64,000 nt of DNA from a virus (IMGVR_UViG_3300010052_000170:5927-69926); one strand, 5' to 3'. Shown: positions 53,745-63,475, numbered from the stretch's first letter. The notes: a model not told the origin generated them from the sequence alone. A program made the numbers and translations.

Positions 53745-54188
53745 ATGGCAACCCTTGAGGCTCGAATTTCGAATGCCGGCATCGAGATCGCCAAGCCTGG
53801 CTTTGACGTCCGCACCGCGTCACTCGCCAACATGGCATTCTCGCCGAACCTCGTCGCGATGCGGATTGCGCTTGAAGGCACGATCACCGCAGTGCCGCAC
53901 AGCGAAGGCGCTCCCTACACTGCCTACTACAAGGCGTCCAAAGTGTTCCCGACGCCGTTCCCTGACCCGCCCTATGTCCTCGTTGCGGGAATAGGCAACG
54001 ACGGCACCAGCTATCAGGCGCCGTTCGTGATCAACACCGCGGGCGGCGGCTCCCTAGAGGTTACGCCGCACTACGAACTCAACACCTACGCCGATCATAT
54101 CGACCTATATGTGATGCAGTGGTCTGCCGGCGGCGTCCTGCTGCCGACGACGTGGAAGTACTGGGTTTTCCAGAACACGCTTTACTGA
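53745..54188 (+). CDS. Tail-tip-associated protein
   Basis: GIEIAKPGFDVRTASL.NMAFS. Confidence 0.6.
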   Translation: MATLEARISNAGIEIAKPGFDVRTASLANMAFSPNLVAMRIALEGTITAVPHSEGAPYTAYYKASKVFPTPFPDPPYVLVAGIGNDGTSYQAPFVINTAGGGSLEVTPHYELNTYADHIDLYVMQWSAGGVLLPTTWKYWVFQNTLY

Positions 54189-54208
54189 ACCAACGGGAAA
54201 TCATCGTC

Positions 54209-54478
54209 ATGAACCAGCCAGATCAGACGGGGCAGGAAACTGCTGCCCCCGCTCAACTCGCCGTGCATCCATTGGCAGCCCTCACCGAAGCGAACGTGAT
54301 GGTCGGCTTCCTCCAGAACCGCAACCTGCTGCTGGCGCACGACCTGCTTAGTCTGAAAGGCGAGAACGATGGCTATCGCCAGCGGATCAATAGCCTGGTC
54401 GAGCAGGTCCTGAGCCTTGAGGCTCAGATCAAGGAACTGACCGCCCCTGCCACGTCGGAGCCGGAAGAGGAGGCATAA
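54209..54478 (+). CDS. Coiled-coil hypothetical protein
   Basis: Heptad pattern; precedes the fibre gene. Confidence 0.6.
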   Translation: MNQPDQTGQETAAPAQLAVHPLAALTEANVMVGFLQNRNLLLAHDLLSLKGENDGYRQRINSLVEQVLSLEAQIKELTAPATSEPEEEA

Positions 54479-54479
54479 A

Positions 54480-55850
54480 ATGGGTATCACCTATTACGAT
54501 ACAGGCACCGCCACACTGGCGGTCGGTTCCAAGACCATGACAGGTCAGGGAACACTCTGGTCCGGCTGGGTGAAACCCGGTGATCAAGTCATGCCGGAGG
54601 AAGGCACCAACAACGTTGTTGATGTCGTAGTCAGCAATACCGAGATCACGCTCCTGAAGCCATACCGCGGCGTTGCCCAGGCGGCACGGCCATACACCAT
54701 CATGCGCACGCCGGATGTTGTGTTCACGGAATCGCTCGCGCGGCAGGTTCTGCAGAAAGTCAGCGATTCCACCTTGGTGGCCCTTGCAGGCATTCCACCG
54801 GCTCCCAACAAGCTGCCGTATCTCGATGGCACCAGCGCGGCAGCAACGGTGGACTTCAAGGCGTGGGCACGGTCCTTTCTGGGGTTGCCAGCCGCTGCAG
54901 ACAAGCTTGCCTACTTCGTTGATGCCACCACAACCGCACTGATCGATTTCAAGTCTTGGGTGCGATCGTTGTTCGGGCTTACCGTGGCCGCGAACAAGAT
55001 GGTGTATTTCACCGATGCGAACACCGCTGCGCTCACCGACATTTCGGCGAAAGGCCGCGAACTGGTTGGCGGATCAGATGCCACAGCCATGCGCGTCACC
55101 TTGGCGCTCGGGTCCATGGCCACGCAGGATGTGTCAAATGTCAGTGTGCCTGGTCCTCAGACAGTTACGCGAGCCGGCAGCGGCGTCGTCACGAAATTCA
55201 ACACCAACAGTCCGACGTCGAAAGCGTCTTGGATTTCTTGGGGTAATTCCTCTGGCGATCTCGGCTATCTGGGCAATGGTTCCGACACAGCACGTCTGGA
55301 CATCGCAAACCTTGTTTCCGGAGCCGGCGACATCGCATTCTTCTTCCAGGGCGCTTATCGCGCGTTCCTGGGAACACAGGAATTCGCTCCAGCTGTCGAT
55401 ACTGGACTGAACCTCGGAGCCCCGTCGCGGCGCTTTTTCACGGTCTACGCCCAGGTGGGGACCATCAACAATTCTGATGCACGCGAGAAGACACCACCGC
55501 GTGCGTTCGCGCCAGCAGAGTTGAGTGCGTCAAAGGATCTCGCCCCGTCCATCGGGCTGTATGCTTGGCTCCGCGACATCAACCCGGAAAGCGGTCCAGC
55601 GCCGCTGTATTGTGGCCTCACTGTCCAGCGCGTAATCGAGATCATGACCCAGCATGGGCTTGACCCGAACGCCTATGGCTTCATCCGCCATGACATCTGG
55701 GAAGCTCAGCCGGCTGTTTTCAACGAAGAAGGCGTCGAGGTTCAGCCAGCCATTCCGGCCGGCGACCGCTACGGCCTGATGTACGACAGCGTTGCGATGT
55801 TCATCGCGCGTGGTTTTGAGGCGCGCCTGGCTGCGCTCGAAGCGGCCTAA
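54480..55850 (+). CDS. Tail fibre/spike with C-terminal intramolecular chaperone (S74-like)
   Basis: GTATLAVGSKTMTGQGTLW; three ~35-aa repeats; INNSDAREKT...YCGLTVQRV...RYGLMYD...EARLAALE. Confidence 0.85.
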   Translation: MGITYYDTGTATLAVGSKTMTGQGTLWSGWVKPGDQVMPEEGTNNVVDVVVSNTEITLLKPYRGVAQAARPYTIMRTPDVVFTESLARQVLQKVSDSTLVALAGIPPAPNKLPYLDGTSAAATVDFKAWARSFLGLPAAADKLAYFVDATTTALIDFKSWVRSLFGLTVAANKMVYFTDANTAALTDISAKGRELVGGSDATAMRVTLALGSMATQDVSNVSVPGPQTVTRAGSGVVTKFNTNSPTSKASWISWGNSSGDLGYLGNGSDTARLDIANLVSGAGDIAFFFQGAYRAFLGTQEFAPAVDTGLNLGAPSRRFFTVYAQVGTINNSDAREKTPPRAFAPAELSASKDLAPSIGLYAWLRDINPESGPAPLYCGLTVQRVIEIMTQHGLDPNAYGFIRHDIWEAQPAVFNEEGVEVQPAIPAGDRYGLMYDSVAMFIARGFEARLAALEAA

Positions 55851-55915
55851 CTCATCGCCAACAGAAACCCGAAGATCAGCAAGAACGGCCCAACCTGAAT
55901 AAGCAGTTCGTACAT
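55847..55915 (-). CDS. Possible 22-aa hydrophobic peptide
   Basis: MYELLIQVGPFLLIFGFLLAMS*; GAGGA RBS. Confidence 0.35.
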   Translation of the reverse strand: MYELLIQVGPFLLIFGFLLAMS

Positions 55916-55935
55916 GGTGTCCTCTGACGAGGGCG

Positions 55936-56097
55936 TCAGCGATTGGTCTTGGAAGAACCTGGCTCAACTTCGGGTAGCTTTGGCAACGTCGGACCCTTGT
56001 CGAACTTCAGTTTTCTCGACCATGGGTCGAACCATTCGATATCGGCATCGTCCAGATGGCGTGCTTCGCCATCATCAGGCTCGTTGTGGATTGTCAT
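55936..56097 (-). CDS. Small hypothetical protein
   Basis: 53 aa upstream of the peptide ORF. Confidence 0.4.
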   Translation of the reverse strand: MTIHNEPDDGEARHLDDADIEWFDPWSRKLKFDKGPTLPKLPEVEPGSSKTNR

Positions 56098-56278
56098 GTG
56101 GTGGTTCCCAGTCCGCGACGGCAATCTGCCCTGAGCGCGGATAGCAAAACATCACCCAAATGGGTTAGCCGATCTTGAACTAGCACGTTTGTGCTTCTGT
56201 CAGCGCACGGCCGCCCTCGATGCCGGCTTGCTGCTCCCAAAGCGGACGATTTCGACAAACAAAAGGAAAGGAAACCCT

Positions 56279-57112
56279 ATGGGTGGAAACGTGCCTATTG
56301 GCGCGGCGAATGCTGCTGCGCGCGACAAATACTGGGTCTATCGCCCGGTCCTTGATCTCATCGGCAAGTCCGAAGGCACAGACAAGGGCAGGGGCTACAA
56401 CGAGACGCTGGGCTACGGTGCCTACACCGGCGGCAACCAGGATCTCGTCGGCATGACGCTCGACCAGATCGAAACGCTGCAGACGAAGATGCTCGCCAAC
56501 CGGAAGAACAAGCTGAAGTCCTCTGCGCTCGGCCGGTACCAGATCATTCGAACCACGCTCCGCACCATGCGACAGCAGCTCGGGCTAACCGGCCACGAGA
56601 AGTTCGATGCCGACATGCAGGACCGCTTGGCCTGCTATCTGCTCGGTCAGCGCGGCATCGACAAGTGGCTGGCCGGTCGGCTGAAGACCGACACACTGAT
56701 CGATAATTTGGGACAGGAATGGGCCTCGATCCCAAGGACGGACGGCAAGGGCCATTACGAAGGCCAGAATGCCGGCGTCTCCGTCTCCCAGGTGAAGGCC
56801 GCGCTGGCGGAGGTCGCTCGCCGGCATGCCGAGGGACAGCCGAAGGTCATCGAGAAGGTTCCCGTCACGGTCGAAACGCCGGTCGTGCCGAAGGAGGTCG
56901 ACAAGGCCGTGAAGAAGCAGACCAACGGCTGGGGCTGGTCCGGTATCGGCCTTGGCGGCATCGGCGGCATCCTCACGGCTATTGCGGGCTGGCCTTGGCA
57001 GACTGTCGCGCTATTCGCCGGCATTGCCATGGCTGGATGCATTGTCGCTCTCGTTATCGGTCCGTGGATAGTGCACCGCGTGAAGGCCATCCGCGGCGCA
57101 GTCGAGGGCTGA
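56279..57112 (+). CDS. Endolysin (lambda-R-like lysozyme fold) with C-terminal TM helices
   Basis: LDLIGKSEGT...YNET; SSALGRYQII..TL; QDRLA..LL.QRG; LGQEWASIP; hydrophobic C-terminus. Confidence 0.88.
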   Translation: MGGNVPIGAANAAARDKYWVYRPVLDLIGKSEGTDKGRGYNETLGYGAYTGGNQDLVGMTLDQIETLQTKMLANRKNKLKSSALGRYQIIRTTLRTMRQQLGLTGHEKFDADMQDRLACYLLGQRGIDKWLAGRLKTDTLIDNLGQEWASIPRTDGKGHYEGQNAGVSVSQVKAALAEVARRHAEGQPKVIEKVPVTVETPVVPKEVDKAVKKQTNGWGWSGIGLGGIGGILTAIAGWPWQTVALFAGIAMAGCIVALVIGPWIVHRVKAIRGAVEG

Positions 57113-57114
57113 CC

Positions 57115-57366
57115 ATGTTTGCATTCCTCACCTCCAAGATCGGCGTCTCGGTCATTTGTGGCTTGGCGATCACCGCCTTCCTCGGCTGGACCCACTACGA
57201 AATGTACGAGACCGGCCGGCGGTACGAGCGCACCGCCATGCTCAACCGATCCGTGATCATTCTCCGCGAAAGGAGCAAAACCGATGCCGCAGTTTCTGCG
57301 ATGGATGACGCTGGCCTGTGTGCTGCTCTCGGTGGTCGCATGTCAGACTCCGGCGCCTGTGAGTGA
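57115..57366 (+). CDS. i-spanin-like protein
   Basis: N-terminal TM; C-terminal LCAALGG...C; overlaps a lipoprotein ORF. Confidence 0.65.
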   Translation: MFAFLTSKIGVSVICGLAITAFLGWTHYEMYETGRRYERTAMLNRSVIILRERSKTDAAVSAMDDAGLCAALGGRMSDSGACE

Positions 57367-57496
57367 GTGCGACGGCTGGGCGAAGCTGAAGCCGAGCGCA
57401 GATACTCGGCGCGAGATCGTCGCGCACGATCGGCCGTTTGCTGAGCAGGTGGCCAGCCACAATCAATTCGGTAGCAAGCGGGGCTGTTGGAAATGA
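57284..57496 (+). CDS. o-spanin-like lipoprotein
   Basis: Lipobox SVVAC; CDGW..L.P...HN..G...GCW. Confidence 0.7.
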   Translation: MPQFLRWMTLACVLLSVVACQTPAPVSECDGWAKLKPSADTRREIVAHDRPFAEQVASHNQFGSKRGCWK

Positions 57497-57816
57497 CCAG
57501 CGACAGTAGCGACCGCGCCATTGGCCGCATCGAGGGCAAGCTCGACATGATCATTGCTGATCAATCGCACGCCGCGGCGTCTCGGAAAGAGCAGTATCAA
57601 AAGCTCGACGAGGTTGACCGCAAGGTCGACGCCACGGTCACCAAGGTCGAGAGCATCGACGATCGACTGAGGAAGGTCGAAGGGCCCGTTGCCGAGTTTT
57701 CTCGCTGGCAGGAACGCGGCGTCGGCGCACTGATGTTGGTGAGCTTCATTGCCGCCTCGTTCGGCGGCATCATCGCCACATTCGGGAAAAGGATTTGGGC
57801 TGCCCTGACGGGGTAG
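57493..57816 (+). CDS. Holin-like protein (coiled coil plus C-terminal TM)
   Basis: IGRIEGKLD...GVGALMLVSFIAASFGGII; last lysis gene. Confidence 0.6.
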   Translation: MTSDSSDRAIGRIEGKLDMIIADQSHAAASRKEQYQKLDEVDRKVDATVTKVESIDDRLRKVEGPVAEFSRWQERGVGALMLVSFIAASFGGIIATFGKRIWAALTG

Positions 57817-57871
57817 CTTGCAGCCGGCCGCCGTAACCGGATCAAAGTTCCGGATCAGAACGATGATGCAG

Positions 57872-57905
57872 GCCCCGCTCAGCTTCGGCTGGGCGGGGCT
57901 TTTTT
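57872..57905 (+). terminator. Late-operon terminator
   Basis: gccccgctcagc-TTCG-gctgggcggggc followed by tttttt. Confidence 0.85.
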
Positions 57906-57919
57906 CGTTTGCGAGATGA

Positions 57920-58378
57920 TTACCAACCTAATTCAGGGGCCGCCGCGCCCACCGCGATACCATATATCTCGCCGGCGGGCCCACCGAGTAAGCGCCCTAC
58001 CACTCCACCACCAACTGCGGATAGGATCGTTGTCAGTTTTCCTGCGGCTGCCTGCACTCCCATTGTAGGGTCGCTGTTCATGAGATCTTCCAATTGGCGG
58101 GCAACCGTCGAGTTATCTGCGGGTGTGCTCTTGATAGTAGCCTCATCTCCATCAACAAGCCCTTGGATACGGTTGCTCTCAGCAGTGGTGATGGAACCCA
58201 TTCCCACCAACTGATCGAGCTTCACGCTTAGATATTGTCGCTGAAATGAGGCCGGCATCAGGGATACTGCCTTGAGTTCCCCGGGCAGGGTCTTCATGAT
58301 TGCACTCTTGATTTCCTCATTGGATGCGTTCTGCTGGACCACGGCTTCCTCCTCGTGTGTTGCTTCCCCGCCCGACAA
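57920..58378 (-). CDS. Hypothetical moron with Gly-rich hydrophobic C-terminus
   Basis: 152 aa, lower GC. Confidence 0.55.
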   Translation of the reverse strand: MSGGEATHEEEAVVQQNASNEEIKSAIMKTLPGELKAVSLMPASFQRQYLSVKLDQLVGMGSITTAESNRIQGLVDGDEATIKSTPADNSTVARQLEDLMNSDPTMGVQAAAGKLTTILSAVGGGVVGRLLGGPAGEIYGIAVGAAAPELGW

Positions 58379-58624
58379 CTATTGCGTGAGATAGCGGCAA
58401 TGTTTGTGAAGCAGATCACACTACGAAGTTGTGGAGCTCTCCCGCCGGGTATGGCCGGAATGCACTCCCGCCCCGGCGAACCGGAGCGGGCTTTTTCGTC
58501 GTTCAGCAGTCGCTAACCACAGTGATCGCCGAGCCGTCGATCTACGGCATTTGCCGTATGCCCATGCGCTTACCTCGCGATCATAAAGGGCATCGCGCAA
58601 CAGGCGCTCTGATGGAGAGGTAGC

Positions 58625-58807
58625 ATGATGAAAATTCTGATTACGATCTCAGCGATGTTCTTGGTCACGAGCATGGCGTCAGCGGGCGTGGTCTCCAAGC
58701 CGACTGTTTCCAAGCAGTCCGCAGCCAACGATGTCGTAGAAGTCCACGTCAAGCCGGGCACATCCAGACCTCTGCCGTGCCATCCGTTCATGCGTTGCTA
58801 CAAATGA
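58625..58807 (+). CDS. Small secreted protein
   Basis: Signal peptide MMKILITISAMFLVTSMASA; GGAGAGG RBS; C-terminal CHPFMRC. Confidence 0.6.
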   Translation: MMKILITISAMFLVTSMASAGVVSKPTVSKQSAANDVVEVHVKPGTSRPLPCHPFMRCYK

Positions 58808-58829
58808 AGGCCGACTAGATACACCATTT

Positions 58830-58859
58830 GCCCGTTCAGCTTCGGCTGGGCGGGTTTTT
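58830..58859. terminator. Terminator between convergent morons
   Basis: gcccgttcagc-TTCG-gctgggcggg followed by ttttt; near copy of 57872-57905. Confidence 0.75.
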
Positions 58860-58887
58860 CTTTGGTGTGCCGCTTTCTTTCGGCACG

Positions 58888-59472
58888 TTACCAAGTGCAC
58901 TGCTGCATCTCGACAAAACACGCCGCTGCGCTCTTCTTGCCTTCTGATTGACAGCGCTCCGCTCGCTGGACGCAGCGAACGTTCTTTTTGTCCGTCGCTG
59001 TTTCATCGTCGTCTTTGGGGTCGTCGGCCTTTGGCTCCTTGGGTTCCTTGGGTTCCTTGGGTTCCTTCGGCTCCTTAGGCTCGTTGGCGGATGATTTCAG
59101 AATGTCTGTGTCCTGGATGCACATTGCGTAGATTGGACATTCCTTCGGGCGCTTCCTGGGTTGCACTTCGGTAGGTGATTGCTCGATGGGCAGCCCGATA
59201 ACGACCAATTTTCCCGGTTGTCGGATAGCGCCGTCGCAAAGTACGCCCGCAGGGCATGAGAACGGCCTGTTGCCGGGGAATTTCCGTGGTGTTGAAGCAA
59301 TGAACACGCCCCTTGCACCAGGCAAAGGAACCATTTCAGGAAACATGTTCTGAATCTGCAGCTTGTTTGCTGCTTTCATGTCTCGATTTTGTAACAGAGT
59401 CAGGTCAACGGGCTTTGCGCTGCATCCCGCGAGCAGAAGTGCGACTAATACAGTCGCGAGAATAGTTTTCAT
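58888..59472 (-). CDS. Lipoprotein with EPK repeats
   Basis: Lipobox LLAGC; (EPK)6; C-terminal 4-Cys segment. Confidence 0.75.
   Translation of the reverse strand: MKTILATVLVALLLAGCSAKPVDLTLLQNRDMKAANKLQIQNMFPEMVPLPGARGVFIASTPRKFPGNRPFSCPAGVLCDGAIRQPGKLVVIGLPIEQSPTEVQPRKRPKECPIYAMCIQDTDILKSSANEPKEPKEPKEPKEPKEPKADDPKDDDETATDKKNVRCVQRAERCQSEGKKSAAACFVEMQQCTW
59029..59082 (-). repeat. Six tandem 9-bp units encoding EPK
   Basis: ctttggctc, cttgggttc x3, cttcggctc, cttaggctc. Confidence 0.9.
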
Positions 59473-59683
59473 GATGCCCCCATCTCCCCATCTTAGAGAC
59501 AACCGACAGCAAATCAAACTCACTCATCAGCAGCAAGAAAAATACGATAAGAAGCGGCCGGCTGGTGTAAAAACCATCACCGGGAGGCGAGAGCCCAGCC
59601 GACCGCCGCGCGCGAGGCGCATAACGAAGATACCAGCCAGATTGGCGGTTGGCGACTCAAGCGCGTCCGCCTAGACCACCAAC

Positions 59684-59893
59684 ATGAAAGCGACTGTCGA
59701 TCCCGAGGCCCGAACGTTCACGCTGTCCGCTGGCGATTGGACCGGCACCTATCCGATTTCGGAATATGAACACTGGGTGAATTTCTACCAGGGCCAGCAG
59801 GAGCGATATCCCGCACATGCGTGGTCGTATCAGCCTGCTGTGGATGCTCTCGCCAGCATCGCTGTGCAGATCCGCGCCCTGAGGGCTTCATAG
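59684..59893 (+). CDS. Small hypothetical protein
   Basis: 69 aa with natural-looking composition. Confidence 0.5.
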   Translation: MKATVDPEARTFTLSAGDWTGTYPISEYEHWVNFYQGQQERYPAHAWSYQPAVDALASIAVQIRALRAS

Positions 59894-60307
59894 CTTCGCG
59901 TCGTCTATCGAACATCTCTGTAGGCGGACTTCGGGTCGTACGGTACCACCTTCGTGATGCGATCAGTCGCAGGGTATCCGGGTTCGCTGGCCGTCAATGT
60001 CGACCGTGAAAATCCCCATGTCATCCCAGACGTCGATGACGGATAGCTCTACCGTGACCCGATCGCCCGACTGCAACTTGCGTGGCTTCGCCATCTATCC
60101 CCCTATTGCGGCTCTGGTTCCCTCTCGTATCCTTGAGCCAATCCGTCGCACGGTCCTTGAAAGCTTCGGGGACCTCGTGTGCCCGGCCGAGGCGAGCCGA
60201 TTTCCGACCATAGGCCCACGCGAAGTATTCTCTGCTGCTTTTGCTGGCCATCTTTCCTCGGATCGCGCTGACGCAATTCCATCAAGGCGATCTTCTGCTA
60301 ACGGATT

Positions 60308-60868
60308 TTAAGCAGCGTCCAATGCTTCCATCTGCTTCAACCAGTCAGGTAGCTTGCCCGCGATAAACTGTGACCAAGTGGCGAGGTGGTCTTCGCAACA
60401 GTAGCGTAGCCAGATGTCGTAGAGTTCGGGGTAGGGCTCGTTGATTGGCTGAAAGCGTTCGAAATAGAACGAGCGGACTCTCTCATTGTACTCTAGCAGC
60501 GGCGGATAGTCGGCTGGTGGGGGATGGAGTGAGGAGATCACGCCATTCTGAAGGATACGGACCTCTTCTCGTCCTCCGTAATCTAGCATGATCGGGAAGC
60601 GCTGCCAGCAGCGCGATGAATTTGCTCCCACTACCGGCTCGCCCGAGAGCTCGAAGTTCACCGTGAATTGTGATCCGCCGAAATCGTCCCACGCAGCCCG
60701 GGATACCTGGAACCATACGACGAGATAGCCCTGTGCCTGTGCCCGAGGGCGCGCCCAACTCAACTGTCCATTGGCCCTCTTGAAGCCCGCGTCCTTAAAA
60801 GTGGGCGCGAGATGGGTTCTTAGAACTCGATAGGCTTCCGTTGACCTCATCCAATCTCCTTCTGGCAA
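60308..60868 (-). CDS. Hypothetical protein (possibly DUF4304-like)
   Basis: LAPTFKDAGFKR...FQVSRA....G.FTVNF. Confidence 0.55.
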   Translation of the reverse strand: MPEGDWMRSTEAYRVLRTHLAPTFKDAGFKRANGQLSWARPRAQAQGYLVVWFQVSRAAWDDFGGSQFTVNFELSGEPVVGANSSRCWQRFPIMLDYGGREEVRILQNGVISSLHPPPADYPPLLEYNERVRSFYFERFQPINEPYPELYDIWLRYCCEDHLATWSQFIAGKLPDWLKQMEALDAA

Positions 60869-60873
60869 CTACC

Positions 60874-61119
60874 TCATTTGGGCGGTAGCCGCAGACGCGC
60901 CCGTATGATCGCCAACTCCGCCTCGAGCTCGGCGTTTGCTTCCTGGGTGAGGTCCCTGGCCGATAGCTGGGCGACGAAAGCCCCCCGGATCTCCTCGCGC
61001 GTCCAGCCGACGGCTGTCAATTCGTCAATCAGGATTTCGAAACCGGGCGTAAGCGCTTCCTGGCAGTCGATCTGCCGGTCGGGATATGGATCCTGGCGCT
61101 TAGGCGGCTTGAACCACAT
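60874..61119 (-). CDS. Small rhizobial hypothetical protein
   Basis: PYPDRQIDCQEAL..F..L..EL.AVGW; resembles 23832-24029. Confidence 0.65.
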   Translation of the reverse strand: MWFKPPKRQDPYPDRQIDCQEALTPGFEILIDELTAVGWTREEIRGAFVAQLSARDLTQEANAELEAELAIIRARLRLPPK

Positions 61120-61384
61120 GGCGGCAGTGTATCGTCAACTGCGAACCGGTCAACGGAAGTACGATTCGGCGAAATTCCAACTGCGGACTCGACAAAATCA
61201 AAGCGTGGCTACATCCAAGCTGTGGAAGGTCCCACATTCGGTTTTAGAAACACGGGAGACAGGAGCGATGAAGATAGCAAGGATCTTGCAAAAGCCCGCG
61301 CAAGGGATCGAGCTTCGTTTGACAAGGCAATGAAAGAGCGCGGATCGAATAGTAAAGGTCCAAAGAAATAGGTGGATTATAGTT

Positions 61385-61804
61385 ATGCCAGAAGATATTT
61401 ATCGATACTTGGGAGAGAAGGCGCCTAGAGTAATTAAAGAGGAGCCATTTTGTCGATGGAGTTTTAATAAGATTGTAGAGGGCGGTCTCGATGAATTGAT
61501 AATTTCGTACGAAGACAAGAAAAATGGGATAATATTTAGCTGTAACTCCGAAGAATTGATCGATGCGATTTTCGTTGCACGGACTGGCTTCTATGGTTCA
61601 GAGAAATTATACAATGGTTTGAGCTTTTCTTCTTCGAGGGAGATGGTGGGAAAATGCCTGGGGCATCCTTCGAAGAGTGGCTGTAGCGATCTTGGCGCTT
61701 GGGATCGTTTTTCTTTTCCGAGATACACAGTTCATTTTGAATATCGCGTCGAGGGCGACGGCATAAACATGATCACGTTTATGGCCAACGACGTTGTTCC
61801 GTAG
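61385..61804 (+). CDS. Low-GC hypothetical protein
   Basis: 139 aa, AT-rich; CLGHPSKSG...WDRF.F....HFEY. Confidence 0.6.
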   Translation: MPEDIYRYLGEKAPRVIKEEPFCRWSFNKIVEGGLDELIISYEDKKNGIIFSCNSEELIDAIFVARTGFYGSEKLYNGLSFSSSREMVGKCLGHPSKSGCSDLGAWDRFSFPRYTVHFEYRVEGDGINMITFMANDVVP

Positions 61805-61929
61805 GCAGTTTGTGGAAGTATGCGTTTTTCAGTAACGATCTTTTTTCCTTAGAGTCATTCTGACGTCGCCCTTATGCAGGCCGTTTCCTGCCTGGCATCG
61901 AGGCGAACGACCCGATCCATGCGAACCTC

Positions 61930-62631
61930 CTAGAACAGCGATCCTTGTGCCGCTTCTTGCGGGTATTTGATCTGGGTCGCCGGCTTGTCCACGATAATCA
62001 AGGCGTCGTCTGGCGCCGGCTTCTGTAGGCCTTTGGCTTCGGACCACTGAGCGTTCATCCAGACATCGGCTTCTTCGGGTGTTGTGATGATGACGGGCAT
62101 TGCCTTTTCGTGGATCGGCTTGATGAGTGCATTCGGGTTGGTAGTGAGGAATCCGAACAGTTCGAAATCCAACGGGCCGTCCTTCACGCGCCTGACGCCA
62201 TGCCAAGGTGTCCAGACGCCGGCGAAAAAGAACAGCGGGCGATCCTCACCTCGGGCAAACCAGAAGTTCTTCTGGATGCCGGTTTCGGGATCCTTGTCGC
62301 CCGGGGTAGGGCTCGGCTCCGCGAAGCTCGTCACCGGCACGAGGCAGCGGTTTTCGACGCCCAGATACTGCTGCCAGTGCTTATAGCTCGTGCTGCGCAC
62401 GTTGGTGGTGCCGTAGTCGGCCTTGCCTGTGACGCGCTCCGGTGGCGTCGGCATGCCCCATTGCATCGGCACTACTTCGCGTCCGCCGTCAGCGTCTCTA
62501 CGCACGACTGGAGCTTGGAAGTTAGGGTACACGTCGCGCGAGGGCTCATTGAAGCCGGTTAGGTCGCGCAGCGCCCGCGTCCATTGCAACACCGCAGCTT
62601 GCGTGGTGGTCAGGTTGTAGAGATTGCACAT
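61930..62631 (-). CDS. SOS response-associated peptidase (SRAP/HMCES family)
   Basis: N-terminal MCNLY; RCLVPVTSFAEP; LTT.PN.LIKPIHEKAMPVI. Confidence 0.92.
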   Translation of the reverse strand: MCNLYNLTTTQAAVLQWTRALRDLTGFNEPSRDVYPNFQAPVVRRDADGGREVVPMQWGMPTPPERVTGKADYGTTNVRSTSYKHWQQYLGVENRCLVPVTSFAEPSPTPGDKDPETGIQKNFWFARGEDRPLFFFAGVWTPWHGVRRVKDGPLDFELFGFLTTNPNALIKPIHEKAMPVIITTPEEADVWMNAQWSEAKGLQKPAPDDALIIVDKPATQIKYPQEAAQGSLF

Positions 62632-62636
62632 TCAGT

Positions 62637-63062
62637 TCACGGCTTTCCGGCTCTCAGCCAGTTTTCATAAGCAACCTGCTGCTCTGGCGTGAACTTTAGA
62701 TCATCGTCGTCGTCTTCGTCATCATAGGCGGCGTAGAACGCAGCCTTAGCCTCATCATCCATGATGTATTCCAGTTCGACTTCGGGGCGAGGGCGGTCCG
62801 CCGGCCAGGCGGCGCAGCACGCCTCAAGAGCGGCGAGGGCCGCTTGATCCCAAAGAGCGGCGTTCTTCGCGTCCTCATCGGTGAAGCCTGGATCATTTTC
62901 CGGGAAGCCACGCATATCCCACCCTTCGCGGGCGAAATGGCCATCTGCGGCGAGGTGGGGATGAACGCCGGCCTTGTCCAAGACTGCCGCCGCGGCTTCG
63001 AGGCCGCGCATCTCCTCCGCTTCAGTTGCGCCTTCCACATGGAGTTGCAGGAACGTCTTCAT
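62637..63062 (-). CDS. Acidic hypothetical protein
   Basis: MKTFLQL...; AAGGAGG RBS; same strand as, and just upstream of, SRAP. Confidence 0.65.
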   Translation of the reverse strand: MKTFLQLHVEGATEAEEMRGLEAAAAVLDKAGVHPHLAADGHFAREGWDMRGFPENDPGFTDEDAKNAALWDQAALAALEACCAAWPADRPRPEVELEYIMDDEAKAAFYAAYDDEDDDDDLKFTPEQQVAYENWLRAGKP

Positions 63063-63163
63063 TGCAGCCTCCTTTGGTTCGAAAGCCGCAGTGAACAAAA
63101 AAGGAACAAAAGAGTCAAGCTGCCCCTTGACGAGATAGGAATTTGATCCTTTTTCATAGGTCC

Positions 63164-63472
63164 ATGCCCGAGACGTATGGACCCAAAAGGAAGCCGTTTC
63201 CGCTGTCGAACCTGAACGAGCATCGACAACTCGTGAGGGTTCGCTGCGCCTGCTGCAAGCGGCTGCACAACTACCGGCCCGACGATCTGATCCAGATTTT
63301 CGGTGACGTGGATGTGGATTCACTCAGCCATCGCATGACGTGCGAAGGCGGGGATCACGGCTTCCTTGACGTGAAGTCTTTCGTTCCGACGGGCAGTGAG
63401 GCTGTTGGGCTGCGTATCCGCCGCCTGGTGGCCATCAAAATGAAACGCGTGCCCATATGGAGCGAGGATTGA
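63164..63472 (+). CDS. Zn-ribbon hypothetical protein
   Basis: VRVRCACCKR..NYRPDDL...FGD...RMTCE. Confidence 0.7.
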   Translation: MPETYGPKRKPFPLSNLNEHRQLVRVRCACCKRLHNYRPDDLIQIFGDVDVDSLSHRMTCEGGDHGFLDVKSFVPTGSEAVGLRIRRLVAIKMKRVPIWSED

Positions 63473-63475
63473 GCA

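Noticed and set aside
57872-58859. Near-identical terminators as a mobile-cassette boundary
   Set aside because: Short GC stems with a cUUCGg loop are common; no target-site duplication or recombinase supports mobility
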